Assembly (NCBI GenBank): GCA_963724695.1
Contig: CAVRVW010000008.1
Coordinates: 237,290 to 301,289 of the forward strand
DNA length: 64,000 nt
Direction of reading: 5' to 3'
Source of the DNA: an uncultured Acidobacteriota bacterium
GTDB lineage: Bacteria > Acidobacteriota > Vicinamibacteria > Vicinamibacterales > CAVVIG01
Below, one piece after another: positions 30,863-43,799 of the stretch (its first letter is position 1; each line of letters starts with the position of its first letter). The position numbers were made by a program, and so were the translations under genes. Under the pieces are notes generated by a model, which was not told where the DNA came from, made no database searches, and worked only from the letters and a program-made list of their open reading frames with translations.

Positions 30863-30939
30863 GGTTCAAGGTTCAACGTTCAGAGTTCAAGGTTCTGTTC
30901 TTGGTTCTCTGTTCCCGGTTCTCTGTTCCCGGTTCGAGG
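30863..30939. repeat. Tandem heptamer array, 11 units all containing TTC
   Basis: ggttcaa ggttcaa cgttcag agttcaa ggttctg ttcttgg ttctctg ttcccgg ttctctg ttcccgg ttcgagg. Includes a perfect 14-nt duplication (30905-30918 = 30919-30932). Lies in the divergent rpiB/rlmI spacer. The reverse-complement words recur at 42811-42831. Confidence 0.9.
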
Positions 30940-30946
30940 TCCTCTT

Positions 30947-32110
30947 GTGACGAGTTCGTCAGTCGTGATTTCAGCGCGCGGCGAGGAACGTGTGGCGAGC
31001 GGCCATCCGTGGATCTACCGCGGCGACGTGGCCGAGGCCCGGGCCGCGGCCGGCGACATCGTGGTCGTGCGCAACCCCCGGGGACGGATGCTCGGCTCGG
31101 CGTTCTACAGCGATCGGTCGCAGATTGCCCTGCGCATGCTCGTCATCGGCGAACAGCCGGCCGACGAGGCTCTCATCGGGCGCCGCCTGGACGCCGCCAT
31201 CCAGTTCAGGGAGCGCCTGGCGATTGACGCCACGGCGTTCAGGCTCGTGCACGGAGAGGCGGACCTGCTGCCGTCGATCGTGGTCGACGCCTACGGCGAC
31301 TACCTCGTCGTCCAGACGCTGTCGCAGGGCGCCGATCGTCTGCTGCCGCGGATCGTGGCGATGCTGTCCGACCGCCTGCAGCCCAAGGGCATCCTGGCGC
31401 GCAACGATCCCCGTACGCGACTGCTCGAAGGCCTGGAGCAGACGGTCGAGGTGGCGGCTGGCGACGTCCCCGAATCGATTGCCGTCGTCGAGAACGGCAT
31501 CGAGTACGACGTCGACGTGCGTCACGGCCAGAAGACCGGGCTGTTCCTCGACCAGCGCGAGAATCGGGAAGCCGCCGCGCGCTACGCCAGAGGGCGTCTG
31601 CTCGACTGCTTCAGCTACAACGGGGGCTTTGCGCTCACGCTCGGCAAGCGGTGCGACGAGACCCTGGCGTTCGACATCTCGGAGCAGGCCGTCGAACGGG
31701 TGCGGCACAACGCGGCTCACAACGGCGTGGCCGTGGACGCTCGCGTCGGCAACGTGTTCGACGAGCTGCGCGGGATGGAGCGGACCAGACAGCGCTTCGA
31801 CACGATCGTGCTGGACCCGCCTGCCTTTGCCAAGAGCAAGGCCGCCGTGGAAAAGGCGAAGGCGGGGTACAAGGAGATCAACCTGCGCGCGCTGAAGCTC
31901 CTGAACCCGGGCGGCATCCTTGTGACCTGCAGCTGCTCCTACAACGTGGGCGAGGGTGCGTTCGCCGAGATTGTGTACGAGGCGTCGGTCGACGCCCGGA
32001 CGCACGTGACGGTCGTCGAGAAGCGCATGCAAGGCCGTGATCACCCGGTGCTGCTCGGCGTGCCCGAGACCTACTATCTCAAATGCCTCATTCTTCGAAA
32101 GGTCGGGTAG
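30947..32110 (+). CDS. rlmI: Class I SAM-dependent 23S rRNA (cytosine-C5) methyltransferase, RlmI family
   Basis: GHPWIYRGDV (PUA-like N-domain), KTGLFLDQRENR, DPPAF, LNPGGILVTCSCS. Start taken as GTG 30947 because the upstream part of the ORF runs through the repeat array and the rpiB start. Confidence 0.8.
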   Translation: MTSSSVVISARGEERVASGHPWIYRGDVAEARAAAGDIVVVRNPRGRMLGSAFYSDRSQIALRMLVIGEQPADEALIGRRLDAAIQFRERLAIDATAFRLVHGEADLLPSIVVDAYGDYLVVQTLSQGADRLLPRIVAMLSDRLQPKGILARNDPRTRLLEGLEQTVEVAAGDVPESIAVVENGIEYDVDVRHGQKTGLFLDQRENREAAARYARGRLLDCFSYNGGFALTLGKRCDETLAFDISEQAVERVRHNAAHNGVAVDARVGNVFDELRGMERTRQRFDTIVLDPPAFAKSKAAVEKAKAGYKEINLRALKLLNPGGILVTCSCSYNVGEGAFAEIVYEASVDARTHVTVVEKRMQGRDHPVLLGVPETYYLKCLILRKVG

Positions 32111-32122
32111 GTCGGGTAGGTC
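32101..32122. repeat. Tandem 9-mers GGTCGGGTA x2.5
   Basis: ggtcgggta ggtcgggta ggtc spans the rlmI stop codon and ends at the next start codon. Word related to 14366-14401. Confidence 0.7.
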
Positions 32123-32863
32123 ATGACCAACCCATCAGTTGCCCGTGCAGCCCGCGAGGCTCGAAGAGCAGTCAAGCGCATGGCGCGGCCGGCGGGGGAG
32201 TTCGACGCGAGCCGGTACTTCCGCGGGACGAAGCACCTCGGGTTCTACAACGTCGGCACGAGCCGCCTGCGCGCGCTGGCAACGGCGATCTACCACGAGC
32301 ACAAGGACGCCTGGACGGTCGACGATGCGCTGGCATTCGCCGACACGCTCGTCGTCGATCGGTACCTCGATGTCAAGGCAGTCGGCATCGAAGTGATGGC
32401 ACGTCATCGGAAGGCGTTCGCGCCGCGCCTGTTGCCCGCGTGGAAGCGTTGGCTGGCGAACGACCACTCGGACAACTGGGCGACGACCGACAGCATCTGC
32501 GGTTCGTTGATTGGTCCCCTGCTGCTGGCGCAGCCTGCGCTCGTCAGGACCGTGGCGGGCTGGTGTACGCATCGAAACATGTGGGTCCGCCGGGCGTCGG
32601 CGGTCAGCCTGATTCCTTCAGCGCGGCAGGGCCTTGCCCTCGATGAGACGTACCGGGTGGCGACGGCCCTTCATCGAGATTCCGAGGACCTCATCCAGAA
32701 GGCCGTCGGGTGGATGCTGCGTGAAGCTGGAAAGGCGGACCGATCGCGCCTCGAGCGCTACCTGCGAAAGCACGGCCCTCTCATCCCGCGAACGACGCTG
32801 CGCTATGCGATTGAGCGCTTCCCGACGGCGAAGCGCCGCGAGCTGCTGAGCGTGACGAGGTAG
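32123..32863 (+). CDS. DNA alkylation repair protein (AlkD/HEAT-like, PF08713-type)
   Basis: 246-aa ORF. WLANDHSDNWATTDSICGSLIG, NMWVRRASAVSLI and IQKAVGWMLRE are typical of the DNA alkylation repair enzyme family. Confidence 0.8.
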   Translation: MTNPSVARAAREARRAVKRMARPAGEFDASRYFRGTKHLGFYNVGTSRLRALATAIYHEHKDAWTVDDALAFADTLVVDRYLDVKAVGIEVMARHRKAFAPRLLPAWKRWLANDHSDNWATTDSICGSLIGPLLLAQPALVRTVAGWCTHRNMWVRRASAVSLIPSARQGLALDETYRVATALHRDSEDLIQKAVGWMLREAGKADRSRLERYLRKHGPLIPRTTLRYAIERFPTAKRRELLSVTR

Positions 32864-32870
32864 CGCGCGA

Positions 32871-32925
32871 ATCCCAATTCCAAACGCGAATTCCCAATTC
32901 CAAATTCTCAATTCCTAATTTCAGA
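32871..32925. repeat. Tandem heptamers TTCNNAA (plus a ~19-nt direct repeat gcgaat(t)cccaattccaaa)
   Basis: atcccaa ttccaaa / ttcccaa ttccaaa ttctcaa ttcctaa tttcaga. Lies between the alkylation-repair stop and the TPP riboswitch. Confidence 0.85.
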
Positions 32926-32937
32926 GTAGTATTCCCC

Positions 32938-34723
<1,786 letters not shown>

Positions 34724-34724
34724 A

Positions 34725-34795
34725 TTTGGTCACATGGTCATCTGGTCAATTCGTCATTTAAATGACCACGTGACCAAATGACCAAATGACCAGAT
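34725..34795. repeat. Inverted arrays of octamers TGGTCANN x3-4 / TGACCANN x4 around a 14-nt perfect palindrome
   Basis: tggtcaca tggtcatc tggtcaat tcgtcatt | taaa | tgaccacg tgaccaaa tgaccaaa tgaccag. The palindrome gtcatttaaatgac is at 34753-34766. Fills the convergent spacer. Confidence 0.9.
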
Positions 34796-35332
34796 TCAAC
34801 GTTCCGTGACCGGGACGATCTGGATGATGGCCGGGAAACGCGCGGGCTTGGCCCCGGGTTTGGGGTTGGGGTAGCCCGCCGACATCTCGGACGCGTAGTC
34901 CTTGATCGTGACGCTGGGTGGAAACGCCATCGTCTCCTCGCGGAACCGGCCGACTTCGAAGATGTAGGTGGCCGGCACGTCAAACACCAGCTCGCCTCGC
35001 TGCTTGAGAGTCGTTCGGTAGTACGTCACCAGGTCCGTGTACGACGCCGGGCTCCCAAAGATGTAGTAGCGCTGTCCACGTCCCGCATCGTAGGAGGCGA
35101 GGAACTGCGCCCCGGGATAGATGGGCACACCGAGCGTGGCTTCGGTCGGATCCGGGCTGGCGGCGGGCTTCTGTGCCGTCGCCGGAGGCGTGGTCGGCGC
35201 CGGCTTGGACGGTTCGGTGGCCGGTGGCTGAGCCGGCCGAGCCGGCTGCGTCGCGCCGGGCTTCGGAAAGGGTTGCGGCACGGGCTGCTGCGGCAGGAGT
35301 CCCGCCGTCAGGAGCAACGCCAGAAACGTCAT
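34796..35332 (-). CDS. Hypothetical secreted protein with Pro-rich linker
   Basis: 178-aa ORF. Signal-like MTFLALLLTAGLL, a long P/A/T/Q low-complexity linker, then a globular C-terminal half. No family recognised. Confidence 0.5.
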   Translation of the reverse strand: MTFLALLLTAGLLPQQPVPQPFPKPGATQPARPAQPPATEPSKPAPTTPPATAQKPAASPDPTEATLGVPIYPGAQFLASYDAGRGQRYYIFGSPASYTDLVTYYRTTLKQRGELVFDVPATYIFEVGRFREETMAFPPSVTIKDYASEMSAGYPNPKPGAKPARFPAIIQIVPVTER

Positions 35333-35435
35333 GGACCTCGATTATAGGACCTTCCGCAACCGCCCGGCTCCGCCGCGCGTCTGAACAGGTAGCCGGCCGC
35401 TGCCTGGTTCGCACAGCCGGCGCTAGAATAGAGCC

Positions 35436-36269
35436 ATGACGAACGGACTCAAGACGGCACTTCTCCTGGGCGCGATGAGCGCCCTGCTGCTTTTTCTTGG
35501 CGAGGCGATCGGCGGCGCGCAGGGCCTCGTGCTGGGCTTCGTATTCGCGATCGGCACCAACTTCGTCTCGTACTGGTTCTCGGACAAGATCGTCCTCAGG
35601 ATGTACGGCGCGAAGGAAGTGGGACCCGGCCACAAGCTCTACGAGATGACCACGCGCCTGGCCGGCCGTGCCGGCCTGCCCCAGCCGAAGGTCTACATCA
35701 TCGCCGACCAGTCGCCCAATGCCTTTGCGACCGGCCGTGATCCACAGCACGCGGCCGTGGCGGCCACCGAGGGGATCCTTCGCGTCCTCAACGACGACGA
35801 GCTGGAGGGCGTGATCGCTCACGAGCTGGCTCACGTCAAGCACCGCGACATCCTCATCAGCTCGATCGCCGCCACGCTGGGCGCGGCCATCATGATGCTG
35901 GCGCGCTTCGCGATGTTCTTCGGCGGCTCGCGCGACGACGACAACCGCGGGGGGAACCCGATCGCACTCTTCGCGACGATGCTGCTGGCGCCGGTCGCGG
36001 CCATGCTCATTCAGGCGGCGATCTCGCGCTCGCGCGAGTTCGAGGCCGACGCCGGCGGCGCGGCCATCGTCGGCCACCCGCAGGGGCTGGCGAGCGCGCT
36101 CCGGAGGATCGAGTCCACGGTTCGCGGTGTGCCGCTCGATGCCAACCCGGCCACGGCACACATGTTCATCATCAAGCCATTCTCCGGCGCTGGAATGCTG
36201 TCGCTGTTCAGCACCCATCCGCCGACCGAGGACCGCGTTCGCGCGTTGATGCAGCTGGCTGAGCGCTAA
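35436..36269 (+). CDS. htpX: Zinc metalloprotease HtpX
   Basis: 277-aa ORF with four TM segments, HELAHVKHRD (HExxH) and the downstream EFEAD motif. Confidence 0.92.
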   Translation: MTNGLKTALLLGAMSALLLFLGEAIGGAQGLVLGFVFAIGTNFVSYWFSDKIVLRMYGAKEVGPGHKLYEMTTRLAGRAGLPQPKVYIIADQSPNAFATGRDPQHAAVAATEGILRVLNDDELEGVIAHELAHVKHRDILISSIAATLGAAIMMLARFAMFFGGSRDDDNRGGNPIALFATMLLAPVAAMLIQAAISRSREFEADAGGAAIVGHPQGLASALRRIESTVRGVPLDANPATAHMFIIKPFSGAGMLSLFSTHPPTEDRVRALMQLAER

Positions 36270-36359
36270 GGGGCCCGGGGTGTGGCCTATGGCCACTCCC
36301 CGACATGCCGTCTGGCGTGCGTCTTGCTCCCTCGGATCCCGGAGACCGGAGGCGCCATC

Positions 36360-38677
<2,318 letters not shown>

Positions 38678-38696
<19 letters not shown>

Positions 38697-39766
38697 GGCC
38701 GCGTTTCCGTCCGACGCTTTCGTCGTCGCGCTTCGCCTCCGGCCAGCGGTAATTCTGGTTGCCCCTCCTGCCATCCTGCCGTTTTGCCATCCTGCAATGG
38801 TCTGAGCGCTTCCTCGCGTCTGGCCACGCCGTAGCGACGCTGGAGCACGGACACCATGGCCTTCACTTCCTTCCGATAGGCTTCCGGAGGGTACTTCTTC
38901 GCGTACAGCCTCTCGAATCGCGGCAGCATCGCGGGAAACTGCCGCGAGATGAAGTCGAGGAAGTGCGCGCGTGTGCCATCCTGCAGGTACATCACGTTGC
39001 TGCCCACGAATCGGGCTCCGTGGTCGGCGATTGCCTTGAGGGTGCGCTCGATCTTCGAACGCGACGAGGAGAAGCCGGGAACAATGGGCGCCATCAGCAC
39101 GCCGGCGTTGATCCCGGCATCGACGAGGTCGCGCACGGCACGGAGGCGCTGCAGGGGGTGCGCGGTCCCTGGCTCCAGCTGGCGCCATGCGTCCTCATCC
39201 ACCGTCGGCACGCTCATGTACACGTTGCAGGTCGCCGCCTTCGACAGCTCGGCGAGCACATCGCGGTCGCGGACGACCATCGGCCCTTTGGTGACCAGCC
39301 CGACTGGCGTGCGGGCGCGCGCGAGGAGCTCGATGGTCCGGCGCGTCAATCGGTAGTGGCCCTCGATCGGTTGATACGGGTCGGTCGCGGTGCCGAGTGC
39401 CACGAGCTCTCGGGTCCAGGACGGCTTGTCGAGCTCGCGCTCGAGGACATCGGCAAAGTTCGTCTTGACGAGGATCACCGAGGCGAACTCGTCGCCGGCG
39501 TTCAGCTCGAACTGGGTGTGGTACCGCCGGGCGAAACAGTAGTGGCAGCCGTGCGTGCAGCCGCGGTACGGATTGAGGGTCCAGTTGAACGGCATGCCGG
39601 CCACGCGGTTGAGGGCCGACCGGCAGGAGACCTCCTGGTAGCAGGCCGCGTCGGCCCGGCGCTCGGCCTCGGTGAGGGCCGCGGAGCCGCCGGCCTTGAC
39701 CATCGCGGCGACGGTCCTGGTGCTCGGCCGGCTGGGTTGCAGATCAAAGAGGAGAGGTCCTGACAT
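38678..39766 (-). CDS. Radical SAM protein, Rv2578c / SplB-like (COG1533) family
   Basis: NPYRGCTHGCHYCFARR (CxxxCxxC), LGTATDPYQP and VYMSVPT are typical of this family. Start uncertain (ATG 39766, or TTG 39799). Its C-terminal tail crosses the octamer repeat and overlaps the Clp gene by 19 nt. Confidence 0.75.
38765..38800. repeat. Tandem octamers CCTGCCAT/CCTGCAAT x4 (inverted copy of 38614-38662, inside the 3' end of the radical SAM CDS)
   Basis: cctgccat cctgccgt tttgccat cctgcaat. tgccatcctgcaatg is the exact reverse complement of cattgcaggatggca at 38614-38628. Confidence 0.9.
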
Positions 39767-41159
39767 TCGTATTTTCTTCGCCACGAATGGTCCGCCCAAA
39801 CGGCGGCTCTGTCAAGCCCGTCTGTGGGTTTTGCTGGGCCGCGATGGCGCAGCAGAGCGTGCCAATCACCAGGAAGTAGTAGTTGCAGAACGCCTTCGAC
39901 CCGAACATGAACATCGCCATCAACGACAACGCCAGCGACGCTGCAAAGCCGGCCGCCGTGCTGGGCACCCGCCACAGGGCGACCAACATCGTGATGCCGG
40001 CGGCGCCGAGGGCCCAGAGAAAGGTGCCGGATCCCCACCCCTCCCGAGAGGCCCAGCTCAAGAGGCTCAGCGAGTCCGGTCGAAAGGGCTCGCGGGTCTG
40101 CAGGAGAATGACGGCCTCGAGAAACCGGTTCGGATGCCAGAGCGCGAGGGGAAGCGTGACGGCCGCGCCGGCCAGGGTGGCTATCACGACGAAGGCAGGC
40201 ACGCCGCGCCATCCGCGCGACCACGCGTACTTCAAGAGCAGCGGTCCCGCCAGAAGGTAGTACTGCTTGGTGACAGCCAGGAGTCCGCCCACCCAGGGCA
40301 CCACGGCCGGGCGACGCACCATGAAGAAGACGACCAGAGCGGTCATCAGCAGGGCGATTGGTTCGGTCCATCCCTGCTCGAGCACGAAGAATCCCCGCGG
40401 CGTGGTCAGCAGCAGCGCGGCTGCCAGCTTCGAATGCAGCGACGGCCTCACATAGCCGATGAGCGCCGCGCCCAGCAGCAGCGCGGCCAGCTCCGCGTAG
40501 CGGTAATCGTTCGCGATGATCTGACCGGGTACTGCGAGGAAGAGGCTGAGCGGGGGATACGGGTAGCCGAATGCCACCCGGTTGCCGACGATCGCGCGCG
40601 GGTTGTAGTACACCCCCGAGTCGCCGCCGTAGATGTTCTCAAACGAAATGCGATAGGGGTCCTCGTCTGCCAGCAAGGCCTTGATGGCCTCGCGATGTAC
40701 GACGACGACATCGATTCCGGGATCGGGCGCGGCGCGCACCATCCAGACGCCGACGAGCGCATGCACGGCGAGCAGGGCCGGGAACCAGAGCCGCCTGATT
40801 CGTGTGTGCCTCAAGAACGCCGCGGCAATCAGCGCACCTTCGAGCGCAATTCCCGAGCGGAACAGACTGAGGTCGGCTGATGGCGACACCGCACGGCCCG
40901 GCGGCGATCCGAACAACATCGCGACCTGCCACGCAATGCCCAGTGCCAGGATGGTCACGACCGTCGGGCGGCTCCACCGAAGCGTGGACGGGACGGCCGG
41001 CAGCATCAGCGTGCCCGCAGCGGCCAGACCGAAGGCGGCCAGGGCCCAGTTGAGCGCAATCGGGTGATAGAAGCCGTCCAGGATCTGAAGGGCTCTTCCA
41101 AGGGCGATCGCGCCAAGAGCCAGGCACGGGAGAGCAAGCGCCGCGAAGCGACCGCGCAT
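39744..41159 (-). CDS. Polytopic membrane protein, DUF2029 / GT87-like glycosyltransferase
   Basis: ~470 aa with >10 TM helices. Periplasmic-loop motif DPYRISFENIYGG...AFGYPYPPLSLFL resembles the DUF2029 (mannosyltransferase-like) signature. Start ATG 41159, 1 nt after the upstream stop. Confidence 0.6.
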   Translation of the reverse strand: MRGRFAALALPCLALGAIALGRALQILDGFYHPIALNWALAAFGLAAAGTLMLPAVPSTLRWSRPTVVTILALGIAWQVAMLFGSPPGRAVSPSADLSLFRSGIALEGALIAAAFLRHTRIRRLWFPALLAVHALVGVWMVRAAPDPGIDVVVVHREAIKALLADEDPYRISFENIYGGDSGVYYNPRAIVGNRVAFGYPYPPLSLFLAVPGQIIANDYRYAELAALLLGAALIGYVRPSLHSKLAAALLLTTPRGFFVLEQGWTEPIALLMTALVVFFMVRRPAVVPWVGGLLAVTKQYYLLAGPLLLKYAWSRGWRGVPAFVVIATLAGAAVTLPLALWHPNRFLEAVILLQTREPFRPDSLSLLSWASREGWGSGTFLWALGAAGITMLVALWRVPSTAAGFAASLALSLMAMFMFGSKAFCNYYFLVIGTLCCAIAAQQNPQTGLTEPPFGRTIRGEENTNVRTSPL

Positions 41160-41160
41160 C

Positions 41161-42810
41161 TCAGGGTTCCAGCACGAACAGCGCCGCTTCGCCGTCCGGA
41201 TCACTGAACATTCCGTGGACGGCAATCTCCGGCCTGTCGATCATGCGCAGCAGCAACGAGGCGTACGCCTCGCCGGCGAGGCCGGTCTTGTGGACGATGA
41301 TGTACCGCACGCCAAGTTGCCGGAGGAGCGCGATCGACGCCTGGTCGGGAAATGACTCGAGACGCGCCACTGTCTGAATGTAAGACGGTGGGAAGTAACC
41401 GCTATACCCGTTGAGCCTCCGGAACCACGTGCCGATCGACCAGAAGGCGTACTCGGGCTCCCTCCCGGGGAGCGCATCAAGACGGGGGAGCGGCAATTCC
41501 AGCATGACGCCTGGCCCGAGCGCACGGGCCGCCCGGTAGACGTCCTGGCCTTCGATTGGCGTCGTGCGCACCTCGGCCAGCAGCATCGCGGTGTTGCGGT
41601 ACTCGACGACCAGCAGGATCAAGGCGAAGGCTGCCACCAGGCCTTTCCTGCTGAGTCGGTTCGATGGTGAACGCGTCGACATCGATGCGGCGATCGTCTG
41701 CACGCCCAGTGCCGCCAGCACAGCGAGTGCGCTCATGGCGACAATCGCGAATCTGGACGGCGCCCGCAGCCCCTGCAGCGCATCGATCCTGGCCACGAGC
41801 CACTCGTAGGGAGGCGCATTGAGTCCAAGCGACATCACCACTGCGGTTGCACCGACGACCGCATAAACGAGGACGATGGGCCTCGGTCGTCCGAACAGGG
41901 CGGCGACGGCGAGCATGCAGGCGATGAACCCTGGAAAGAGCCTGAGCTCGGCGCTGCCGCGCTCTGCCGTCCACCCCCACAACCAGCTCTGTGCCGGGCT
42001 CACCAGGTAGCTCGATGGCCTCGCGCTGTACTCTCGGATGGCGTCGAGCGGGCGAGTCCCCACCGTGTCCGCCGCTCCGAGGTACTGATAGGCGTACGGG
42101 AGCGACAGCGCCACAGCCACGATTGCGCCGAGCGCGAGCCATGGGAAGGCCCGGGCGATCGCTGCCGGCCGCGCGACCGCGAGCGTCAGGACGAAGGTCA
42201 CGGCCGCGATGGCGAGAAACACGCCGTAGTACACGCAGGACAGGATCTGCAGCCACAGGAAGAGGCCCGCGAGCGCGCCCGGCTTCCACGACGCCTCGTC
42301 GGCCGTGCGGTGCAACGCCCAGAACATCAGCGGGATCCACATCGTCCACTGCAGCTCGAGGTGCATGAAATGCTCGATCCGGTACGGGGCCATCACGAAG
42401 ACGGCCACGGCCACGAGCGAAGGCATCAGCGCGCCGGTCAAGGCGCGCGCCAGCACGAACATGCCGACGCCGGATCCGGCGATGCCTGTCAGCAGCAACA
42501 GGTTGTAGACGAGGACCGGGGAGAGTCCCGCCCAGAGCAGCGGCGCGCCGATCAGGCCCTCGAGCAGCATGGCGTCCGAGTACGCCAGGGTGCCGGTTTC
42601 AGGGTGAAAGATGTTGGCGTCGAAGAGGTGGATCGGGTCCGTGGCGAGGGCGTGGGCGATCCATGCCAGACGCCACATGCTGAAATACGGGTCGGCATGC
42701 GCTGCCACCGCCGTGCCGAGGGCCAGGGCCTGGGGCCAGGTGGCCAGCACCGCCAGTGCGAGGCTGAACAAGGTCGCGACGCCGAGCTCCGACCGAGGCA
42801 CCCTGGACAC
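41161..42810 (-). CDS. Hypothetical polytopic membrane protein (possible GT-C-type glycosyltransferase)
   Basis: ~549 aa. The N-terminal half is multi-TM (LFSLALAVLATWPQ..., AYSDAMLLEGLIGAPLLWAGL...) and the C-terminal half is a soluble domain. Start taken at GTG 42810/42801. The rest of the 840-aa ORF overlaps the epimerase gene. Confidence 0.5.
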   Translation of the reverse strand: MSRVPRSELGVATLFSLALAVLATWPQALALGTAVAAHADPYFSMWRLAWIAHALATDPIHLFDANIFHPETGTLAYSDAMLLEGLIGAPLLWAGLSPVLVYNLLLLTGIAGSGVGMFVLARALTGALMPSLVAVAVFVMAPYRIEHFMHLELQWTMWIPLMFWALHRTADEASWKPGALAGLFLWLQILSCVYYGVFLAIAAVTFVLTLAVARPAAIARAFPWLALGAIVAVALSLPYAYQYLGAADTVGTRPLDAIREYSARPSSYLVSPAQSWLWGWTAERGSAELRLFPGFIACMLAVAALFGRPRPIVLVYAVVGATAVVMSLGLNAPPYEWLVARIDALQGLRAPSRFAIVAMSALAVLAALGVQTIAASMSTRSPSNRLSRKGLVAAFALILLVVEYRNTAMLLAEVRTTPIEGQDVYRAARALGPGVMLELPLPRLDALPGREPEYAFWSIGTWFRRLNGYSGYFPPSYIQTVARLESFPDQASIALLRQLGVRYIIVHKTGLAGEAYASLLLRMIDRPEIAVHGMFSDPDGEAALFVLEP

Positions 42811-42831
42811 GTTGAACCTTGAACTTCGAGC
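42811..42831. repeat. Heptamers GTTGAAC CTTGAAC TTCGAGC
   Basis: Reverse-complement words (gttcaag gttcaac) of the 30863 array. Lies in the 35-nt spacer between the epimerase stop and the next start. Confidence 0.6.
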
Positions 42832-42845
42832 GTGTGGCTCGTTGC

Positions 42846-43799
42846 CTACCGCTCTCGCCAGTACTGCAGCAAGTCGTCCACCGTCTGTGCGAGCGGAATC
42901 TCGGGAGCCCATCCGAGCTCGTTGCGAAGTCGCGAGGGGTCGCCGACCACGAGGGGCGTGTCGTTCGGGCGGTAGCGCGCCTGGTCCACCTTGACGCGCA
43001 CCGGCACGCGTGCACGCGCGATCAGCATGTCGAGCAGGTCGCGGATGACGATCGCCTGCCCTGAGCACACGTTGTAGGCGCGCCCGGGCTGCCCCCGCTC
43101 CACGATGGCGCGATAGGCACGCACGGTGTCGCGGACGTCGGTCAGGTCGCGGCGGGCCTCGAGGTTCCCGACGGCGATCTCGGGCTCCCATCGCCCCGCC
43201 TCGATGTCCGCGATCCGCCGGGCAAATCCAGCCGCGACGAAGAACGGGTCCTGACGTGGTCCGAAATGGTTGAAGGCGCGGGCGATCGAGGTGGGCGGAC
43301 CGTCGGGATCGGTTGTGCTGACCATCTCCTGCGCCAGCTTGCTGAGGGCGTAGGGGCTGGACGGCACGAGCGGATCTGCCTCGGTGAGCGGCCTCGATGC
43401 GGGCGCGTAGACCATTGCCGAGCTCACCACCAGGACGCGCGTCGCCGGACTGCTCCGCCGCAGCCCATCCAGCAGATGGTGTGTCCCGCGCACGTTGACT
43501 CCGAAGGTCGCATCGGTCGTCTGCCACGAACGTCCGACGTGCGCGGCGCCGGCGCAGTGGTACGCCTGCGACGGCCTGAGGCGATCGAGGGCGGCGTGCA
43601 CGCCGGCCCGGTCGAGCAAGTCGACCGGCTCCCACACCACCCCGGGCACGTCGCGCGGCGCCGCTCCCCCGGGGCGATGCCATGCGACGAGGTCTCCGGC
43701 CAGCGCCGGGTCGCGATCGCGGCTCAGAAGATCCAGGAGGTGGCCGCCTGCGAAGCCCGCTGCGCCGGTGACCAGAACAGGCCCTGCCATGCCGGACAC
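42846..43799 (-). CDS. NAD-dependent epimerase/dehydratase (GDP-6-deoxy-mannose-reductase-like SDR)
   Basis: VLVTGAAGFAGGHL Rossmann motif and catalytic SPYALSK (YxxxK). The GTG start shares one nt with the lptD stop (TAGTG). Confidence 0.8.
   Translation of the reverse strand: MSGMAGPVLVTGAAGFAGGHLLDLLSRDRDPALAGDLVAWHRPGGAAPRDVPGVVWEPVDLLDRAGVHAALDRLRPSQAYHCAGAAHVGRSWQTTDATFGVNVRGTHHLLDGLRRSSPATRVLVVSSAMVYAPASRPLTEADPLVPSSPYALSKLAQEMVSTTDPDGPPTSIARAFNHFGPRQDPFFVAAGFARRIADIEAGRWEPEIAVGNLEARRDLTDVRDTVRAYRAIVERGQPGRAYNVCSGQAIVIRDLLDMLIARARVPVRVKVDQARYRPNDTPLVVGDPSRLRNELGWAPEIPLAQTVDDLLQYWRER

Noticed and set aside
30863-30939. CRISPR array (this and the other spacer repeat arrays)
   Set aside because: The units are 7-9 nt and directly abutting, with no 25-40-nt unique spacers. 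No cas genes are in the window.
42811-43683. Upstream extension of the 840-aa ORF 41161-43683. Similar N-terminal extensions occur in 43799-46279 (lptD), 5500-6246 (acpS) and 27003-29513 (helicase).
   Set aside because: The extensions overlap well-supported neighbouring genes in another frame and are Arg/Pro/Gly-rich. Internal starts give proper signal peptides or family-typical N-termini.
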